A DNA stretch of 61,726 nucleotides, counting the filler, from Rhabdomonas costata (lineage: Eukaryota): NCBI GenBank assembly GCA_019059605.1. It is 23 parts of 23 records of this genome, joined end to end, with 100 filler letters (N's around TTAATTAATTAA, not from the genome) between each part and the next. Parts side by side here need not be neighbours in the genome. Positions count along the whole stretch, not along the records: positions 59,142 to 61,726 come from JAHMHO010002735.1; 22 more parts are not named here. The stretch is one strand, 5' to 3'. The notes under the pieces are model-generated. The model ran no database searches, had not been told where the DNA came from, and saw only the letters and a program-made list of their open reading frames with translations. The stretch's first letter is position 1, and each line of letters starts with the position of its first letter. Position numbers and translations under genes: made by a program. Positions 59,527 through 61,726 of this stretch are shown here, in pieces.

Positions 59527-61131
59527 GGCTCCGCTGTTCCCACGCCGTGCCCCATTGGGTTTTCCTACGGGGGAACTGGGGCACGGCGGGTGCTGGACTG
59601 CCTGCCCTGTGCCTCGGGCCACTACTGTGGCGTCCTGGGCCTGTCCTGGTACAGCGGTGACTGGTGTGCAGGACGGTTGGGGAGGAGGATTGAGGGGTGA
59701 CAGGTTTTGAGAGGCGCCATCAATGATAAACAGCAAATGATGAGGTAAATGTGCATTTTTTTCATTAATCATTATTCCTGGTCAGCTTGTTCTCACTTTG
59801 TTCCAGTGGTTGGGTATGGACTGGTGTATGCCGCTGGCACATGCTGTGCGTTGAGTGTGAGCGGGCTTTTGACTTACTTTGCGATGCTAGATGATACTCA
59901 GATGCTCACTTGCTCCCCTGTGTGTGGGGGACTGTGGCTCCGCGTGCCCGTCCACGAAAATATGCGTTCCATTTACTGTTTTGCGCTCCTCCATGTATTG
60001 TCCACCTGGGTTCTGTGCAGCTCTGCGGGATACTTCTGCCCGGGGGGCCAGAACCGCTCCACTCCCTCTGAGTATCCCTGCCCCAAGGGGAGCTACTGCC
60101 CTGCAGCTTCCTCGTGGTACCTGGTATGTCGCTTCTTTTCTTTTTGGCTTTTGCTGCTGCTTGTGTTTTCTCACCAGGACGGAGGTTCGAAATGTCTCCC
60201 CTTCCCATGCCACTGTTTCTGAAGAATTGCAAATGCTCTGTGCACAATTATACGGATTGCTCTGTTTTTCTATTGTTCGGTTTGCGTCCCTCTTCGTGGA
60301 GTGTGTTTGGTCCTCACTACCTGGGGGAAGGGGAGGACCAAACACACTCCACTCCACTCCACACCCCCCGCCCTCTCATATGGACTGCGGACGAACATTA
60401 CGTGCGAAAGATGCCTGCTAGGGTATGTACCCTCTCCTGAACACGTGCTCAGGTTTTGGAAAACAGACACCCACATGGACACCCACATGCATGCCATCTG
60501 TGGCAATTATGTGTGTCTCTGTGTGCACAGCCTTGCCCCAACGGTACCTACCAGGACTCCCTGGAGCAGAGCTCGTGCATCATCTGCCCCCCAGGTTGGC
60601 GCCTTTTCTTCCTAGCTGTCTGCTCAACCTGTCTGCTCAACCAAACGCACCACCTGATACAGCCGCACGTTTTCATTCTATCTTGTCGTTCGTCATCGCA
60701 CCAAACGTTAGTCTTCTAGGCAAGGCAGAAATCTTATGCTCTCTATTCAACTGTGTAGATTCCATGGAAAGGCACTGGACACGCCACCCCGCGCGCAGTT
60801 TCATAACCCTTCACGGCAATTTCTTTTTGTGTTTTTGTGATGTGCGACCCCTCAGGGTACTACTGCCCCCAGGGCTCGGTGAACCCGCTGCTGTGCACGG
60901 TGCACTCATACTGCCCCGAGGGTGTGGGGTGGCCCATTGCCTGTCCGGGGGGCTACTGGAGCGAGACCCCAGGGCTGGTGGACGCGCGGCAGTGCAAGCC
61001 CTGCGGTGCGGGGCAGTTCTGCCAGCAGGGCATGGTGGTGGGGGATTGCCAGTGCGGTTACATCTGCTACACCGCGTGCGATCGCCCCGACCCGCCGTAC
61101 CAGGACAGCCGAGGAGGGCTCTGCCCTCTGG
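59527..61131 (+). CDS. GCC2/GCC3 (ephrin-receptor-like) cysteine-rich repeat protein, internal exons (partial)
   Basis: Exons 59527-59663, 60021-60123, 60531-60594 and 60856-61131 splice in frame, with repeated CP.G.YCP.GS, CPNGTYQD and C..G.FC motifs. Confidence 0.9.
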
Positions 61132-61726
61132 GTGTGTTTGCACTGCAATGGGCAGGAGGGACGGAGAGGGGGCGGGATTGGCTATGCTGTTACCGTCATG
61201 AACTGGCATCGGTTCGATTATTGAAGAAAATTTGCCCTTTTCGCTTTTCGGGTGAAAATAATGTGCCAGAAGTCAACCTCTGACCACTTGGTGCACCAAC
61301 GAGTTTGAATCCGCTTCCGTGCGAGGAGTAGATGCGGTCGCTCCCCTTTTGTTGCTCTGTTCACCGGTGCTCTTTATGGCAACATCGCCCTTCCAAGAAT
61401 GCCAAAATAATATCCAAAATTTCATTCTTTCTAGAAGTCAGAAAACGAATTTCCAGCGTCCTAAGTCCACAGAAATTAAAGCAATTTTCACCCAAAACGC
61501 AAGGATAACCAACTTACAGGGGGATACGTTGAAGAGGGGGGAGGCGGAGGGGAAGGATTGGGAGATGGTTCACATCTCCACCCTCACCAACACTCCACCG
61601 TCTCTTACGCGTGGACACGTCTGTCAGTTGTCGATGTGGTGTCAATGCAATTGCGATGCGAATTTTCGTTGGGTCACTTCAGCCTCGTCAGTTTTTGCGT
61701 TGGCCTTATTTCTGTGATTTGAAGCA

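Noticed and set aside
279..61717. Most entries of the supplied six-frame ORF track
   Set aside because: They are antisense or off-frame shadows of GC-rich exons, or run-ons into introns and microsatellites. The real genes here are spliced.
1..61726. Gene neighbourhood or operon-like system (RFC1, HELQ, helicase, MTase, macrodomain together)
   Set aside because: The contigs are concatenated by size, so adjacency across linkers has no biological meaning.

Overview
This window is not a continuous locus. It is 23 unrelated, size-sorted contigs of about 2.59 kb, joined by 22 artificial 100-nt linkers (N44-TTAATTAATTAA-N44). Contig starts are G/T-only and contig ends A/C-only, and there are terminal fold-back palindromes, which points to a whole-genome-amplified (probably single-cell) assembly. 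The DNA is an intron-rich eukaryotic nuclear genome using the standard code with GT-AG introns. The donors are strongly GT-N-Y-G (GTGTG/GTATG) rather than GTRAG, which suggests a euglenozoan (euglenid- or diplonemid-like) protist. Spliced gene fragments I could model by hand are: a class III cyclase C-terminus, RFC1 (broken by an inversion), two GCC2/GCC3 cysteine-rich proteins, an SSS/DUR3-like transporter, a DEAD-box helicase, a PPP phosphatase, a HELQ/POLQ helicase, HSPBAP1, ASNSD1 and several unknowns. Decayed retroelements include a DIRS-type methyltransferase domain, an LTR aspartic protease, LINE RT pieces and a CRE-like REL endonuclease, and there are degenerate telomere-like satellites. 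The best leads are a divergent, apparently permuted macrodomain/ADP-ribose-hydrolase-like gene (54.3-56.4 kb) and, inside it, a 127-nt structured insert flanked by a 19-bp repeat that duplicates a splice acceptor. All family calls are from motif recognition only; no searches were run.
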